From: Thermoproteota archaeon
GTDB lineage: Archaea; Thermoproteota; Thermoprotei; Gearchaeales; Gearchaeaceae
Direction: 5' to 3'
NCBI GenBank assembly: GCA_032249235.1
Contig: JAVVGF010000003.1
Coordinates: forward strand, 128,001-192,000
Length of the DNA: 64,000 bases
The notes beneath the pieces were generated by a model, which had not been told where the DNA came from, ran no database searches, and saw only the letters and a program-made list of their open reading frames with translations. This document shows positions 21,224 to 31,528 of this stretch, piece by piece (within the stretch, counting starts at the first letter, position 1; each line of letters opens with the position of its first letter). The position numbers and the translations under genes were made by a program.

Positions 21224-22081
21224 TTATTTTTTTGAAAATACCAAAAAAGCAGACAATATTATAAATGCTGAACCTATAAGTTGTAATATATTAAAACTTT
21301 CATAGAAGATATAGAAAGCTAATAAGGTTGAAGTCAATGGCTCTAAAAGGCTTATTATTGACGATCTTGTAGGACCAATTAATCTTAGACCCATAAAAAA
21401 TGTGGATATTGCTAAAGCAGTACTTATCATAGCCATTGCTATGCAAAACAATAAAGCAAAATAATTGAACCGAATAACTTCATTTTGAACCAATGAAGCT
21501 ATGAAAAAGCTCATAGAAGCTGAGCTCATAACGAAGAGAGAAGCTAGTTCACCTTTAATATTCTTTAATATCTTTGAGCTGGTAACTATATAGATGGAAT
21601 AGACTATCGCTGCACTGAACGCTAACGTTATCCCATAAACATTTAAGTTATAGCTCGGATTAGCTATTAAGAAAACACCGATGAAACCTAAAAATAAAGC
21701 AATTATAATCCTTGAAGTTATTTTATCGATATTTAATAAAGAAGCCATTAAAGAAACAATCGGAGGATAAGAATAAAGCAACAGAACTGCTACTGAGATT
21801 GGAATGTAATTTATAGAACTTAAGTAGAGAAGCGATTGGGAAAAATATCCTATACTACCTAAAAGAATCAGGCTTATTAAAATATTAAACTTAGGTATAT
21901 AAAACTCTTTTCTTATATACAAATATAAGAAGATTATAACTGATGCAATTGAAAATCTAAAAAACAACATGTTATATACACTAAAACCATATAAATATAC
22001 AAATTTAGCAAAAATCGGTAAAAATCCAAAAGATATTGCAGAAATCGAAACTAAAAGGGATCCTTTCAAGCTCTTATTCAT
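21224..22081 (-). CDS. EamA/DMT family transporter
   Basis: About 10 TM segments in two repeats, LLYSYP and LLEPL; ATG at 22081 preferred as start. Confidence 0.88.
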   Translation of the reverse strand: MNKSLKGSLLVSISAISFGFLPIFAKFVYLYGFSVYNMLFFRFSIASVIIFLYLYIRKEFYIPKFNILISLILLGSIGYFSQSLLYLSSINYIPISVAVLLLYSYPPIVSLMASLLNIDKITSRIIIALFLGFIGVFLIANPSYNLNVYGITLAFSAAIVYSIYIVTSSKILKNIKGELASLFVMSSASMSFFIASLVQNEVIRFNYFALLFCIAMAMISTALAISTFFMGLRLIGPTRSSIISLLEPLTSTLLAFYIFYESFNILQLIGSAFIILSAFLVFSKK

Positions 22082-22145
22082 CTTAATATAAGATAAAAAA
22101 GAGGTTAAAAACAAAATCTTTTATTTAAGATGAGAACTTATTAAA

Positions 22146-22457
22146 ATGATGTCTGAAGAACCTAAAAAAGAAGAAGTATTGGAGGCGCTTAAGAATTGCT
22201 ACGATCCAGAGATACCTTTTAATATAGTTGATCTAGGCTTGATATATGATTTGAAAATAGAGAACGGAATAGTTAAAATCAAAATGACTTTAACTACGCC
22301 TTTTTGTCCTGTAGGTCCTTTGGTAATTGAACAAGTTAGGCAAGAAGTTATGAAAGTTAAAGGAGTAAAGGATGTCGAGGTTGAATTGGTTTGGGAACCA
22401 AGATGGACTCCAGATAGGATGAGCGAAGAAGCAAAATTAGCATTAGGGCTAATGTAA
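22146..22457 (+). CDS. DUF59/SufT metal-sulfur cluster assembly factor
   Basis: DPEIPFNIVDLGLIY, TLTTPFCP, WTPDRMS. Confidence 0.92.
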   Translation: MMSEEPKKEEVLEALKNCYDPEIPFNIVDLGLIYDLKIENGIVKIKMTLTTPFCPVGPLVIEQVRQEVMKVKGVKDVEVELVWEPRWTPDRMSEEAKLALGLM

Positions 22458-22487
22458 CTTTATTACATACTAAATGTTTAAGTTTTC

Positions 22488-24062
22488 GTGAAAAATAAAG
22501 AAGACTACGAAACTAATTTAGAAATAATATCAAGTAAAGAAAAAATTGAGAATTATTTAACTGATGAATCTAGAATAATAAAAGGATATGCAGAAGAACT
22601 TATACTGGTCAAATCAGAACAAGATGTAATCAATGCTATAAAATACGCAATTTCTCAAAGAAAAAGAATAACAGTTTCAGGTGCGGGAACAGGTATAACT
22701 GGTTCACGGGTGCCTTTAGGCGGTATTATTTTGTCGATGGAGGATTTTACAGAAGTTTATAAAAAGCCAAATTACAATGAAGAATTCATTACTATTGAAG
22801 AATACGGTAAGAAATATTCAATAATCATCGGTAAAGATGAAAAAGACGAATGCTATGCGATTGCTTCACCTGGAATTCCTTTAAAGATTTTTAAAAAGCT
22901 AGTTGAGAGTAAAAATCTTTTCTATCCTCCTGATCCTACTGAAACTTCTTCATTTCTTGGAGGAAATGTAGCTACTAATGCATCAGGATCAAGAACTTTC
23001 AAATATGGCTCTACAAGAGATTATGTAAGAAGACTAAGAATAGTGTTGCCGACAGGAAACGTTTTAGATATAAGAAGAGGAGAACGTTTCTTTAATAGGA
23101 AAAGATTTGAGCTCAAAGTTGAAGATCGTGAAATTATATTAGAACTTCCTGATTATAAAATGCCAAACGTCGAGAAGAATGCTGCAGGATACTATATTAA
23201 AGAAAATATGGATCTTATAGATTTGTTTATAGGCTCTGAAGGAACGCTAGGTGTAATAACTGAAATAGAAGTTAAGTTAATTAAAAAACCGAACTTTATC
23301 AATGCGATTTTCGTTTATTTCGATGAAGAAATAAAGGCTGTGGAGTTCGCTAAGCTTATCAGAGCTAAAGCTAAAAGGGAAGAATTACCAATAAGTGCAA
23401 TTGAATTCTTTGATGAAAATTCCGTTAATTTCATAAGGGACAAATATTCAGAGAAAATTCCTTCTAACGCGAAAGCTATAATAGATTTAGAAATAGAATC
23501 AGAAAGTATTGATGAAAGAGATAGATATTTTGAAAAATTATTGAAGCATGTTGATGAATTCAAAGCAGAAGCTTACTTATTGGAAATAAATGAAGCGAAA
23601 GAAATTAGGCATGCACTACCTCAATCTGTAAACAATTTCATAAAGATTCATGGTACAAGGAAAGTAGCTACTGATATTGCTGTTCCTGAGGAAAACTTCT
23701 TTGAAATGTATAAATACTATCATGAAATTGGCAAGGCCTCTCAAATCAAATATGTTTTATTTGGTCACATTGGAAACTTTCATCTGCATTTCAATTTTTT
23801 ACCCAGCAACAAAGATGAATTAGAAAAAGCTGAACGATATGTAGTTTTATTATGGAAGAAAGGAGTTGAACTAGGAGGAACGATAAGTGCTGAGCATGGA
23901 GTGGGAAAAAAATATTATGTTGAAAATGGCATTAAGAAACCTTTAATAAGCTTAATGTATAATGAAGAAACAATGCTAAAACTTATAGAATTGAAAAAAA
24001 CAATAGACCCATATTTGATTCTTAATATTGGAAACATAATACCAGAGGAATATTTTAGATAA
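22488..24062 (+). CDS. FAD-linked 2-hydroxyacid oxidoreductase (GlcD/D-lactate/D-2-hydroxyglutarate dehydrogenase family)
   Basis: GGNVATNASG, FIGSEGTLG, FGHIGNFHLH, SAEHGVG. Confidence 0.88.
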   Translation: MKNKEDYETNLEIISSKEKIENYLTDESRIIKGYAEELILVKSEQDVINAIKYAISQRKRITVSGAGTGITGSRVPLGGIILSMEDFTEVYKKPNYNEEFITIEEYGKKYSIIIGKDEKDECYAIASPGIPLKIFKKLVESKNLFYPPDPTETSSFLGGNVATNASGSRTFKYGSTRDYVRRLRIVLPTGNVLDIRRGERFFNRKRFELKVEDREIILELPDYKMPNVEKNAAGYYIKENMDLIDLFIGSEGTLGVITEIEVKLIKKPNFINAIFVYFDEEIKAVEFAKLIRAKAKREELPISAIEFFDENSVNFIRDKYSEKIPSNAKAIIDLEIESESIDERDRYFEKLLKHVDEFKAEAYLLEINEAKEIRHALPQSVNNFIKIHGTRKVATDIAVPEENFFEMYKYYHEIGKASQIKYVLFGHIGNFHLHFNFLPSNKDELEKAERYVVLLWKKGVELGGTISAEHGVGKKYYVENGIKKPLISLMYNEETMLKLIELKKTIDPYLILNIGNIIPEEYFR

Positions 24063-24066
24063 AAAA

Positions 24067-24651
24067 TTATTTTGTTTTAGGAGTAGGTAATATTCCTCCT
24101 AAAAAGAAGACCACTAATATGTTTACAAATCCAGAGATTGTGATGAAAATTCCTTGTGGTATAGCGCCTATAAGACCGTGTGTAAAAGCGTAAAATCCAA
24201 ATTCAACAAGTAAATAAAATACCATATTGATTTGAAGGATTAGATACGGATAAGCAGTATAGCCTCCTAATGCATTAGCCCATGGTTTCATAAAGAAAAT
24301 TAAAAATCCTATCAAATTAAAAATGAATAAAATTAATGCAGCTCCTCCAACAATACGAAAATCAAGGTTGAATATCACAGCAATTGAAAATCCTAGCCAC
24401 ACAAATGAGAATAAAGCAGTAAGTAAAGCAAAAAGCTGTTGAATATTTACTGCGATTCCTTGATTTCCTAAAGGTGATTGGAAAATAAAGGAAAGCGAAT
24501 TAAGGAATAAGGCTAAGAAAGCTATGAACGCATATATACTTAAAGTAAGCAATACTTTTTCTCCTGTCTCTATTCCTAAAAGCCAAAATCCTGTTAGTAT
24601 TGCAGCAACAGAATATGCTCCAAAACCTAAAGTAACGGCACTTAGACCCAT
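24067..24651 (-). CDS. Small 6-TM membrane protein, possibly an AmiS/UreI-like channel
   Basis: Highly hydrophobic 194 aa; GFWLLG and LFSFVWL resemble AmiS/UreI; 32 bp downstream of the transhydrogenase gene. Confidence 0.45.
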   Translation of the reverse strand: MGLSAVTLGFGAYSVAAILTGFWLLGIETGEKVLLTLSIYAFIAFLALFLNSLSFIFQSPLGNQGIAVNIQQLFALLTALFSFVWLGFSIAVIFNLDFRIVGGAALILFIFNLIGFLIFFMKPWANALGGYTAYPYLILQINMVFYLLVEFGFYAFTHGLIGAIPQGIFITISGFVNILVVFFLGGILPTPKTK

Positions 24652-24683
24652 TATATAAAAATAAAAAATAAATTTATTTAAAT

Positions 24684-25985
24684 TTAACCTAAAGCTTCTA
24701 AAAATATTTTTTCCAAATCTTTTTTTGTTACGTTTTTAGGAGATTGAGCTAATAATCTTTGTTGTTTTAATGTTCCCTCTACTAAAGCATCTAAATCTGC
24801 CTTAGTAAATCCTATATCTTTAAGATTAGTCGGAACATTTAAATCTTCTAAAAGTTTTATATAATATTCGAATAAAGATTCCCCTATTTCTTTTATACTT
24901 TCCACATCTTTACCTGTCAATATTCTTACAACTTCTTTGAATTTTCCAAAATTATATGATGCTACATATCTAAATGCATATGCTGCAGGGATAGCAGTTG
25001 AAATTCCATGAGGTGCTATAGGATAACCGAATTCATAATCTTGAGGATAGTAATTCCTTACCATACCTGCTATAGGATAGGCCATTGAATGTGGTATATG
25101 CACGCCGACATGGCCAAATCCTATACCAGCGATGCTTGCACCTAACATCATATAGTATCTTGCTTCTAAATCATAAGGATCCCCAAAAGCCCTTCTAAGA
25201 TATTTATGAACCCATTCAATTGCTTGTTTAGCGAGCATATCACCTAAAGGTGTAGCCCCTGCATAAACAGGCCTTTCAGCAGGATTTTTTATTGCTGGCT
25301 TAGCAGTATAAGGTCTCGAAGTAAAAGATTCAATAGCATGATTTAATACATCCAAGCCAGAAGAAGCTGTAACCATAGGAGGCAGGCTAACAGTGGTGAA
25401 AGGATCAATTAGCGCTACAGTAGGTCTCATATAAGGATTACTAATGCCTGTTTTAACTCTCAAATGCTTAACATCTACGACTGCAACAGCTGTTCCCTCA
25501 CTTCCAGTCCCGGCTGTGGTGGGTATAGCGATCAACGGCTTTAATGGTCCAGGCGGCAACATCCCTTTTCCAACAGGCTTATTGATGTAATCTTCTATCG
25601 GTCTTGGATATGTATGAAGAAGATTTAAAACTTTAGCAGTATCAATTGTAGAACCTCCTCCCAATGCAACGAAACCGTCTATATCTTTATCTTTAATCTC
25701 TTTATAAGCCTCAATTAATTCTTCATCCTCAGGCTCTATTCTAACTCTTGTAGTTGTTTCAACATGAATTCCTTCATTTTCTAACGAATATTTTATTTCT
25801 TCATATAGTTTGCTTTCAACAAGCTTTTTGCCTACTACTATTAAAACTCTCTTAAGACCAAGTCTTTTTGCTTCAAATCCAACTTCTTTACTAACTCCGA
25901 ATCCAAATTTAATAGTTTGTGGTAAAGATAGAACGAAAACAGGGTCGTTCGCTAAAGAGTAGGTTATATATGGATTTGTTGACAT
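24684..25985 (-). CDS. Hydroxyacid-oxoacid transhydrogenase (HOT/ADHFE1-like Fe-ADH)
   Basis: GGGSTIDTAK, IPTTAGTGSE, HAIESFT, RPVYAG, GVHIPHSMAYPIAG, PHG. Confidence 0.85.
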   Translation of the reverse strand: MSTNPYITYSLANDPVFVLSLPQTIKFGFGVSKEVGFEAKRLGLKRVLIVVGKKLVESKLYEEIKYSLENEGIHVETTTRVRIEPEDEELIEAYKEIKDKDIDGFVALGGGSTIDTAKVLNLLHTYPRPIEDYINKPVGKGMLPPGPLKPLIAIPTTAGTGSEGTAVAVVDVKHLRVKTGISNPYMRPTVALIDPFTTVSLPPMVTASSGLDVLNHAIESFTSRPYTAKPAIKNPAERPVYAGATPLGDMLAKQAIEWVHKYLRRAFGDPYDLEARYYMMLGASIAGIGFGHVGVHIPHSMAYPIAGMVRNYYPQDYEFGYPIAPHGISTAIPAAYAFRYVASYNFGKFKEVVRILTGKDVESIKEIGESLFEYYIKLLEDLNVPTNLKDIGFTKADLDALVEGTLKQQRLLAQSPKNVTKKDLEKIFLEALG

Positions 25986-26027
25986 CGATTCAATAATGTT
26001 TATATACTTATAAAGGTTTCTTATGTC

Positions 26028-26840
26028 ATGAGCGTTGTAAAAAAGATATTCTTGTTTGATTTTGGATGGCTTGCAGGCGATGGCGGATGGTTTCTACCAG
26101 GCTGGGGAGCAGTAACTTATAGCCAAAAAACACCCGAGCGAGCTTGGGTAGAAATTCCAGTAACGGGAGTACTATTGGATACCGATATAGGTTATATTGT
26201 ATTCGATACAGGTGTAGCACCTAACGCATGGCAAACGCATACAAAAGCTGTAATGGAAGCATTTCCTTTAATAAAATTCAATGATAACAATAGAATTGAA
26301 AGACAGCTAGCTAATTTGAATTTAAAACCAAGCGATGTCGCATATATTATACATTCACATCTACATTTTGATCATGTAGGTCAAACAAACGTATTCAAAG
26401 ACCATAAAACCCCAATAATTGTGCATAAGAAAGAATTGCAATCTGCATTAATGCTATTATGGATGGGAAAAGAAGGTGCATATCAATCAGCTAACTTAAA
26501 TGAATTAAAAGGAGCTAACTGGTTTATTGTTGATCTTCCTGCATTTGAATTAGCTGAAGGAATTAGATTGTATTTCTCAGGAGGACATACAAGCGGTCAT
26601 ATGGTTCTTAGTGTTAAAACAAAGAATGGAAACACTTACTTCTTTACAGGAGATCATATACATCTACCAAGAGAATTGGAAATCGAATCAAAAGGATGGC
26701 TCCTTGCTGATTATGATGAATGGCTAACCTTTGTAAAACAGCTTAAGCTTTGGGAAAGAGCCAATAATGCAAAGATAATTATTTGCCACGATCCAGATTT
26801 CTGGAAGAAATATCCTTCTATTCCTAAATATTTAGAATAA
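26028..26840 (+). CDS. N-acyl-homoserine lactonase-family metallo-beta-lactamase (AiiA/AttM-like)
   Basis: FDTG, HSHLHFDHVG (HxHxDH), GHTSGH, TGD, HDP. Confidence 0.85.
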   Translation: MSVVKKIFLFDFGWLAGDGGWFLPGWGAVTYSQKTPERAWVEIPVTGVLLDTDIGYIVFDTGVAPNAWQTHTKAVMEAFPLIKFNDNNRIERQLANLNLKPSDVAYIIHSHLHFDHVGQTNVFKDHKTPIIVHKKELQSALMLLWMGKEGAYQSANLNELKGANWFIVDLPAFELAEGIRLYFSGGHTSGHMVLSVKTKNGNTYFFTGDHIHLPRELEIESKGWLLADYDEWLTFVKQLKLWERANNAKIIICHDPDFWKKYPSIPKYLE

Positions 26841-26842
26841 AT

Positions 26843-27172
26843 TTATTTTTTTCTATATATAAAGAAAATTAAAATAGATATCACTATAAGATATATTCCA
26901 ATTATTAAAAATAAATTTATGAAAAAATATGACAATATATAAATTCCAATAAAAAATAATGTAATGCCCCATATCAAATAATAAAGTAGATCCTTTGTAG
27001 TGCTACCTATTAAAATAATTGTTACTGAAATAATCATTAAGAAATAACCTAAGAATTCAATAATATTGAAAGTTCTCAGACCAAGACCGTATATTATCAT
27101 CAGAAAGCCGAGTGCCAAAAAGAAAAAAAGGTAAGTATATCTTTGATCAATCATTGTAATTTCTCTCCGCAA
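26843..27172 (-). CDS. Small 4-TM membrane protein, last gene of the SPFH operon
   Basis: Hydrophobic 109 aa; overlaps the SPFH gene end. Confidence 0.65.
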   Translation of the reverse strand: MRREITMIDQRYTYLFFFLALGFLMIIYGLGLRTFNIIEFLGYFLMIISVTIILIGSTTKDLLYYLIWGITLFFIGIYILSYFFINLFLIIGIYLIVISILIFFIYRKK

Positions 27173-28179
27173 TTTGAACAGAATTTTTGTCCTTGTGTAT
27201 AACTAGCTCCACATTTAGGACATTTCAATTCTTGAGCAATTCTAACACCGCATTCGGGACAGAATTTAGCTCCTGCAGGAACAATATGCCCATTAGGACA
27301 TTTCGTCATTTGTTGTTGCAAAGGCTTTCCGCAATTTGAACAGAATTTAGCTCCTTGTTGGTTGCTAGCACCACAATATGGACATGCTATTAGAACTTGT
27401 GTTTGTGGTTGTTGGAATAATGGAGGAATTATTGCAACACCTGTTGCAACTCCTGCACCTGGACTTTTGCTCAATTCTTCAGCTGCTTTCTGAACAGTTT
27501 GCATTCTTAAAACTTCTGAAGCGCTCACTCCTGATTGAAGAAAGAAAATTCTATCCCTCCATTCGGGAGTCGTATCAATACCTTCAAATTTTACATCTAT
27601 TAATTCTAAGCCTATTCTCTTGAAAGCAGCTAAGAGCATATTTTTTGCTAAAAAACTAGTCTCATCAAGCTTGTTATAAACATCTCTTAAGCTATATTTG
27701 CTTATTCCTTCGATGAAATTTTGATTGAAATAACCTCTTAAAAATTCTTGAAGTTTAACTGTATCATATACCGCTTGACCTCCTACAACTTCATTTACGA
27801 AAAGATTTGGATCTTCAATTCTAAACCAGAAGCTTCCATGGAACATTAGAGGAGCTAATTCAATTGTTTGAGCTTGGCCTCCAAATTTTCCTTGGAATTG
27901 CTTTAAAGATACGAATATCACTGTAGCTGTGAAAGGAACTTTTTCATAACCTGCAATTCTCGCTAATACTTTTGTAAGTAAAGGTAAATTCGCAGTCGTA
28001 ATTGTATGCCTTCCAGCCCTGAATATATCATAAACCTTCCCATCCCTATAAAAAACAGCGGCTTCAAATTCCTTGACGATTAGCTGACTACCCCATTCAA
28101 TTGTATTAACAGGATATCTATAAACAATTTCTTTTTCGTCAGGATTAACCCATTCAATTACTTTAGGCATTTTTCTCAC
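27151..28179 (-). CDS. SPFH (band 7) domain protein with three C-terminal zinc ribbons (YdjI-like)
   Basis: GSQLIVKEFEAAVFYRDG, GRHTITTANLP; CPYC/CSNC, CPNGH/CPEC, CPKC/CSNC. Confidence 0.88.
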   Translation of the reverse strand: MRKMPKVIEWVNPDEKEIVYRYPVNTIEWGSQLIVKEFEAAVFYRDGKVYDIFRAGRHTITTANLPLLTKVLARIAGYEKVPFTATVIFVSLKQFQGKFGGQAQTIELAPLMFHGSFWFRIEDPNLFVNEVVGGQAVYDTVKLQEFLRGYFNQNFIEGISKYSLRDVYNKLDETSFLAKNMLLAAFKRIGLELIDVKFEGIDTTPEWRDRIFFLQSGVSASEVLRMQTVQKAAEELSKSPGAGVATGVAIIPPLFQQPQTQVLIACPYCGASNQQGAKFCSNCGKPLQQQMTKCPNGHIVPAGAKFCPECGVRIAQELKCPKCGASYTQGQKFCSNCGEKLQ

Positions 28180-28669
28180 CTATACCATGAATAAACTTAT
28201 TCCTCTCATCAATCTTCTCTTCCAAATCCTCTAATAAAGATATGATTTTTCTCATTTCTCCTTTTATCGAATTTGCATCCAAGATCTTATTGTTTAGCTC
28301 TTTAGTTTCATTCTTTATCTTTTCTGCTGAATCTATTAAAGATAAATCATACTTAGTTATTTGATCCAACTCTTCTTCTCTTATTTTAATGATATCAAAA
28401 AATCCAGAATAGCCTGCTTCAGCTTTATCTATCTTTTGCCATATTTTATCGAACATAAAACGAATATTATCATATAACATGCGTAAATCTTTATCCTTGC
28501 TTATTGTTTCTAGGTTGCTAATAGAAAAGCTTTCGAAATTTTCTTTGCCCTCTCTTATTAAAGCAGAAACTTTCATCCTTATTAAACGATCACTTTCTCT
28601 TCTCAGTTCCTTTTGTTTATATCCTCGATATCCTGGAACATAAGATACAATTCTTTCAACTAAACTCAT
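28163..28669 (-). CDS. All-helical hypothetical protein
   Basis: VPGYRGYKQKELRRESD and GYSGFFD; heptad-rich; overlaps both neighbours. Confidence 0.7.
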   Translation of the reverse strand: MSLVERIVSYVPGYRGYKQKELRRESDRLIRMKVSALIREGKENFESFSISNLETISKDKDLRMLYDNIRFMFDKIWQKIDKAEAGYSGFFDIIKIREEELDQITKYDLSLIDSAEKIKNETKELNNKILDANSIKGEMRKIISLLEDLEEKIDERNKFIHGIGEKNA

Positions 28670-29796
28670 TCTTCACTCTTTTTAAAAATTGAAGATATAT
28701 TAAATTTAACTAAAGGTCTTGTTCCTGCAATAACATTTCCAGAAGATTTATCAATCGCAACGAAATATTCTTTTTTATCCCAATTATACTTAACCACTAC
28801 TATAGGAACGTATATGAGCTCTGGACTTCCTACAATGTTAGCGTTTACATTGAAAGTCACTATGTTTGAATATCGCTTCTTTACATGCTCCAATGCCTTG
28901 CTAATTGCTATTGACGAAGCTTCTTTCTCATCTAATTCTACTGAAAGCATGTTAGGAACATATTTCAAAGGTTGTTTAGAGCTTAAAGGTAATTTGTATT
29001 TCTCTAAATCTGGCTGAAACTCTGAATTTGCTCTTGCTATTATAGGAACTTCATATGTTTCAGCAATTTGAAATCTTTGCCTTATTTGTCTAGTTATTAC
29101 TTGCTTACCTATCGTCTCTGTAACATATCTTAGAGTCTCTACATAACCATTCAAGCTAACAACGATATGCCAAATTGGTACATAATTATCTTGAACAACT
29201 CTCATGTTTGCGCTTTTTGCAGCTCCTCTTGTTACGAAAATACCTTTAGCTATGAAATCTTCTGCAATTTTAAATGCATCTATATCTGAAGCATTCAATA
29301 TGCCTATTTGAGGTATTGGTTTTGAAGCATCTGCGTTATTCACAAATCCACAATATTCGCAAATTATCAGCCAAGGTAATGTTTCACCACCAATATTTAA
29401 AGGAGCTCCACAATTTTGACATTTCTCTAATTTAATTCTTTGAGGTGCTTGAGTTTGTTGTTCAGCTTGAGCTTTCTCTTCTTCCTTCTTCTTTATATTC
29501 TCTAAATTGAGCTTTTCTTTATAGGGAACAAATTTTGATTTATCAGGAAATGCTTCATACAAAGTTTCATCAAGGAAAGGTATTATTTCATCCTCAATAT
29601 AACCTTGAACGATTAAATCATCATTCTCACTAGATAAAACAACTGTACCTTTTTTGAAGAGACCCTTTTTCCAATGAACTATGCTCGTGATCTTGCTCGT
29701 TTCTAATTCTGTTTTATAACCGTTTTGAGCAAGCTTATCTGCTAAAATTTTAGCTACATAAGCATGATCAATTCCTACTCCTTGATATCTTACCAC
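28666..29796 (-). CDS. Zinc-ribbon protein, YdjG-like
   Basis: CQNCGAPL...CEYCG, YVPIW, ELIYVP, IDKSSGNVIAGTRP. Confidence 0.65.
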   Translation of the reverse strand: MVRYQGVGIDHAYVAKILADKLAQNGYKTELETSKITSIVHWKKGLFKKGTVVLSSENDDLIVQGYIEDEIIPFLDETLYEAFPDKSKFVPYKEKLNLENIKKKEEEKAQAEQQTQAPQRIKLEKCQNCGAPLNIGGETLPWLIICEYCGFVNNADASKPIPQIGILNASDIDAFKIAEDFIAKGIFVTRGAAKSANMRVVQDNYVPIWHIVVSLNGYVETLRYVTETIGKQVITRQIRQRFQIAETYEVPIIARANSEFQPDLEKYKLPLSSKQPLKYVPNMLSVELDEKEASSIAISKALEHVKKRYSNIVTFNVNANIVGSPELIYVPIVVVKYNWDKKEYFVAIDKSSGNVIAGTRPLVKFNISSIFKKSEE

Positions 29797-29832
29797 ATGC
29801 TTTATTAAACTAAAAAGATTTAAATTTTGAGC

Positions 29833-30375
29833 TTAAATGTTCTTCAAATATTCACTGAAATATTTTTCTAATTTAACTAATTTTGGAGAAATAACAAATA
29901 TACAATATGGATTATATGGATTTTTATCATAATAATCTATATGGTAATCTTCTGCTCTATAAAAAGCTTTTAATTCTTTTAATTCTGTTACTATAGGCTT
30001 TTTATATATTTTCTCAGCTTCTTTAATTTCTTCTTCAGCAATCTTCTTTTGTTCCTCATTCGTATAAAGGATAATTGAACGATATTGCGTACCTATATCA
30101 TTTCCTTGCCTATTAAGAGTTGTAGGATCATGAATGCTGAAGAATATTTTAAGCAGTTCCCTATAAGATATTACATTCGGATCGAAAGTTATTCTTACTA
30201 CTTCAGCATGACCAGTTTCTCCTGTGCAAACCTCTTCATATGTAGGATTTTCTTTCCAACCTCCTGCATAACCAGGTTCAACTTTGATAACTCCTTTAAT
30301 CCTCTTAAAGACAGCTTCAGTGCACCAAAAACATCCACCTCCTAAAACTGCGATTTCAAGGTTCTCATTTTGCAT
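29833..30375 (-). CDS. msrA: Peptide-methionine (S)-S-oxide reductase
   Basis: [20 protein letters not shown]; ATG at 30375 preferred as start. Confidence 0.95.
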   Translation of the reverse strand: MQNENLEIAVLGGGCFWCTEAVFKRIKGVIKVEPGYAGGWKENPTYEEVCTGETGHAEVVRITFDPNVISYRELLKIFFSIHDPTTLNRQGNDIGTQYRSIILYTNEEQKKIAEEEIKEAEKIYKKPIVTELKELKAFYRAEDYHIDYYDKNPYNPYCIFVISPKLVKLEKYFSEYLKNI

Positions 30376-30414
30376 AGGTATATTTATTTCACAAAATTTA
30401 TTTAATTTCAAGAA

Positions 30415-30963
30415 ATGAATTTTAAAAAAATAATATCTTACACATGTTTCTTGGGAATTGCATCATTCATAATTACTGTTGCCTTATCAACATATTATAA
30501 CCCATGGTTTAGTATATTTAAAAATGCTTTCAGCGATTTAGGAGCACCTTCAGCAAATCTTCCTTGGATATATAACTACGGTTTAATCGTTACTTCAATA
30601 TTCATAATCCTCTATTCTATCTTCATAATTTTATCAGCAAGCAATAAACTCGAAGTTATAAGCGGGGCTTTCTTCTTTGTAGCAGGCATATTTCTTTCTT
30701 TAATTGGCATATATCCTGCAGGAACCAGACCTCATGTTTTCGTTTCAACTTATTTTTTTATACAAAGCGATATTGCAATATTAAGCTGGAGCCTTGGAAT
30801 TCTAAATAAAAACAGAAAAATCGGCTTAGTATTCTTGATAATAGCTATAGTTTCTCCTTTAATAGGCTTCATCATTGAATGGCCTTCTGTAGCATTACAA
30901 GAAAGTTTCGGGATAATCATAATAACTATTTGGGCAATAACAGTCTTTTTTATTTATAAATGA
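30415..30963 (+). CDS. DUF998 family membrane protein
   Basis: [27 protein letters not shown]. Confidence 0.8.
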   Translation: MNFKKIISYTCFLGIASFIITVALSTYYNPWFSIFKNAFSDLGAPSANLPWIYNYGLIVTSIFIILYSIFIILSASNKLEVISGAFFFVAGIFLSLIGIYPAGTRPHVFVSTYFFIQSDIAILSWSLGILNKNRKIGLVFLIIAIVSPLIGFIIEWPSVALQESFGIIIITIWAITVFFIYK

Positions 30964-31039
30964 AAAGTATGAACATAATAAAACATGTTAAAAATTCGCA
31001 ATTTAAAATAAAATAAAATTTTGATCTTTATTCATTTAT

Positions 31040-31528
31040 ATGAAAGAAGTCAATTGGGATTCTGAAGGCCCTTATTTCGAAGATCTAGAAATAGGTATGA
31101 AAATTAAATCTTGGCCTAGAAGAACATTAAGCAATATTGATAATTTATTTTGGCTTTCGCTTAGTGGTGATCAAACAGCGATATATACTGATGAGAATTT
31201 TGCAAGGAGTCTAAGATATAAAGAGAGACCGATCAACAATAATTACTTAATAAATTTAGTCTTAGGGATGAGCATTAAAGATACTAGCAAGAACAGTTTA
31301 GCTTTAGTGAATATAGATTATGCAAAAGTACTTAAACCTGTTTATAGCGGCGAAACTATTGAAGTTGAATCAGAAGTTATCGAGAAGAGAGAATCGAAAA
31401 CTCGAAAAGAAGTAGGAATCGTGACATGGATACATAGAGGTCTTAATGAAAGAGGAGAAATCGTTGTTGAAATAAGGAGAACAAACCTCGTATATAAGAA
31501 AATGTACTCACCTTTTAAAAATGAATGA
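31040..31528 (+). CDS. MaoC-family (hot-dog fold) dehydratase subunit 1
   Basis: GPYFEDLEIG, KPVYSGET, KRESKTR...GIVT. Confidence 0.85.
   Translation: MKEVNWDSEGPYFEDLEIGMKIKSWPRRTLSNIDNLFWLSLSGDQTAIYTDENFARSLRYKERPINNNYLINLVLGMSIKDTSKNSLALVNIDYAKVLKPVYSGETIEVESEVIEKRESKTRKEVGIVTWIHRGLNERGEIVVEIRRTNLVYKKMYSPFKNE

Noticed and set aside
27166-27348. Exact 21-bp direct repeat (27166-27186 and 27328-27348) as an att site or target duplication
   Set aside because: Both copies encode KFCSNCG in duplicated zinc ribbons; no integrase or transposase nearby.
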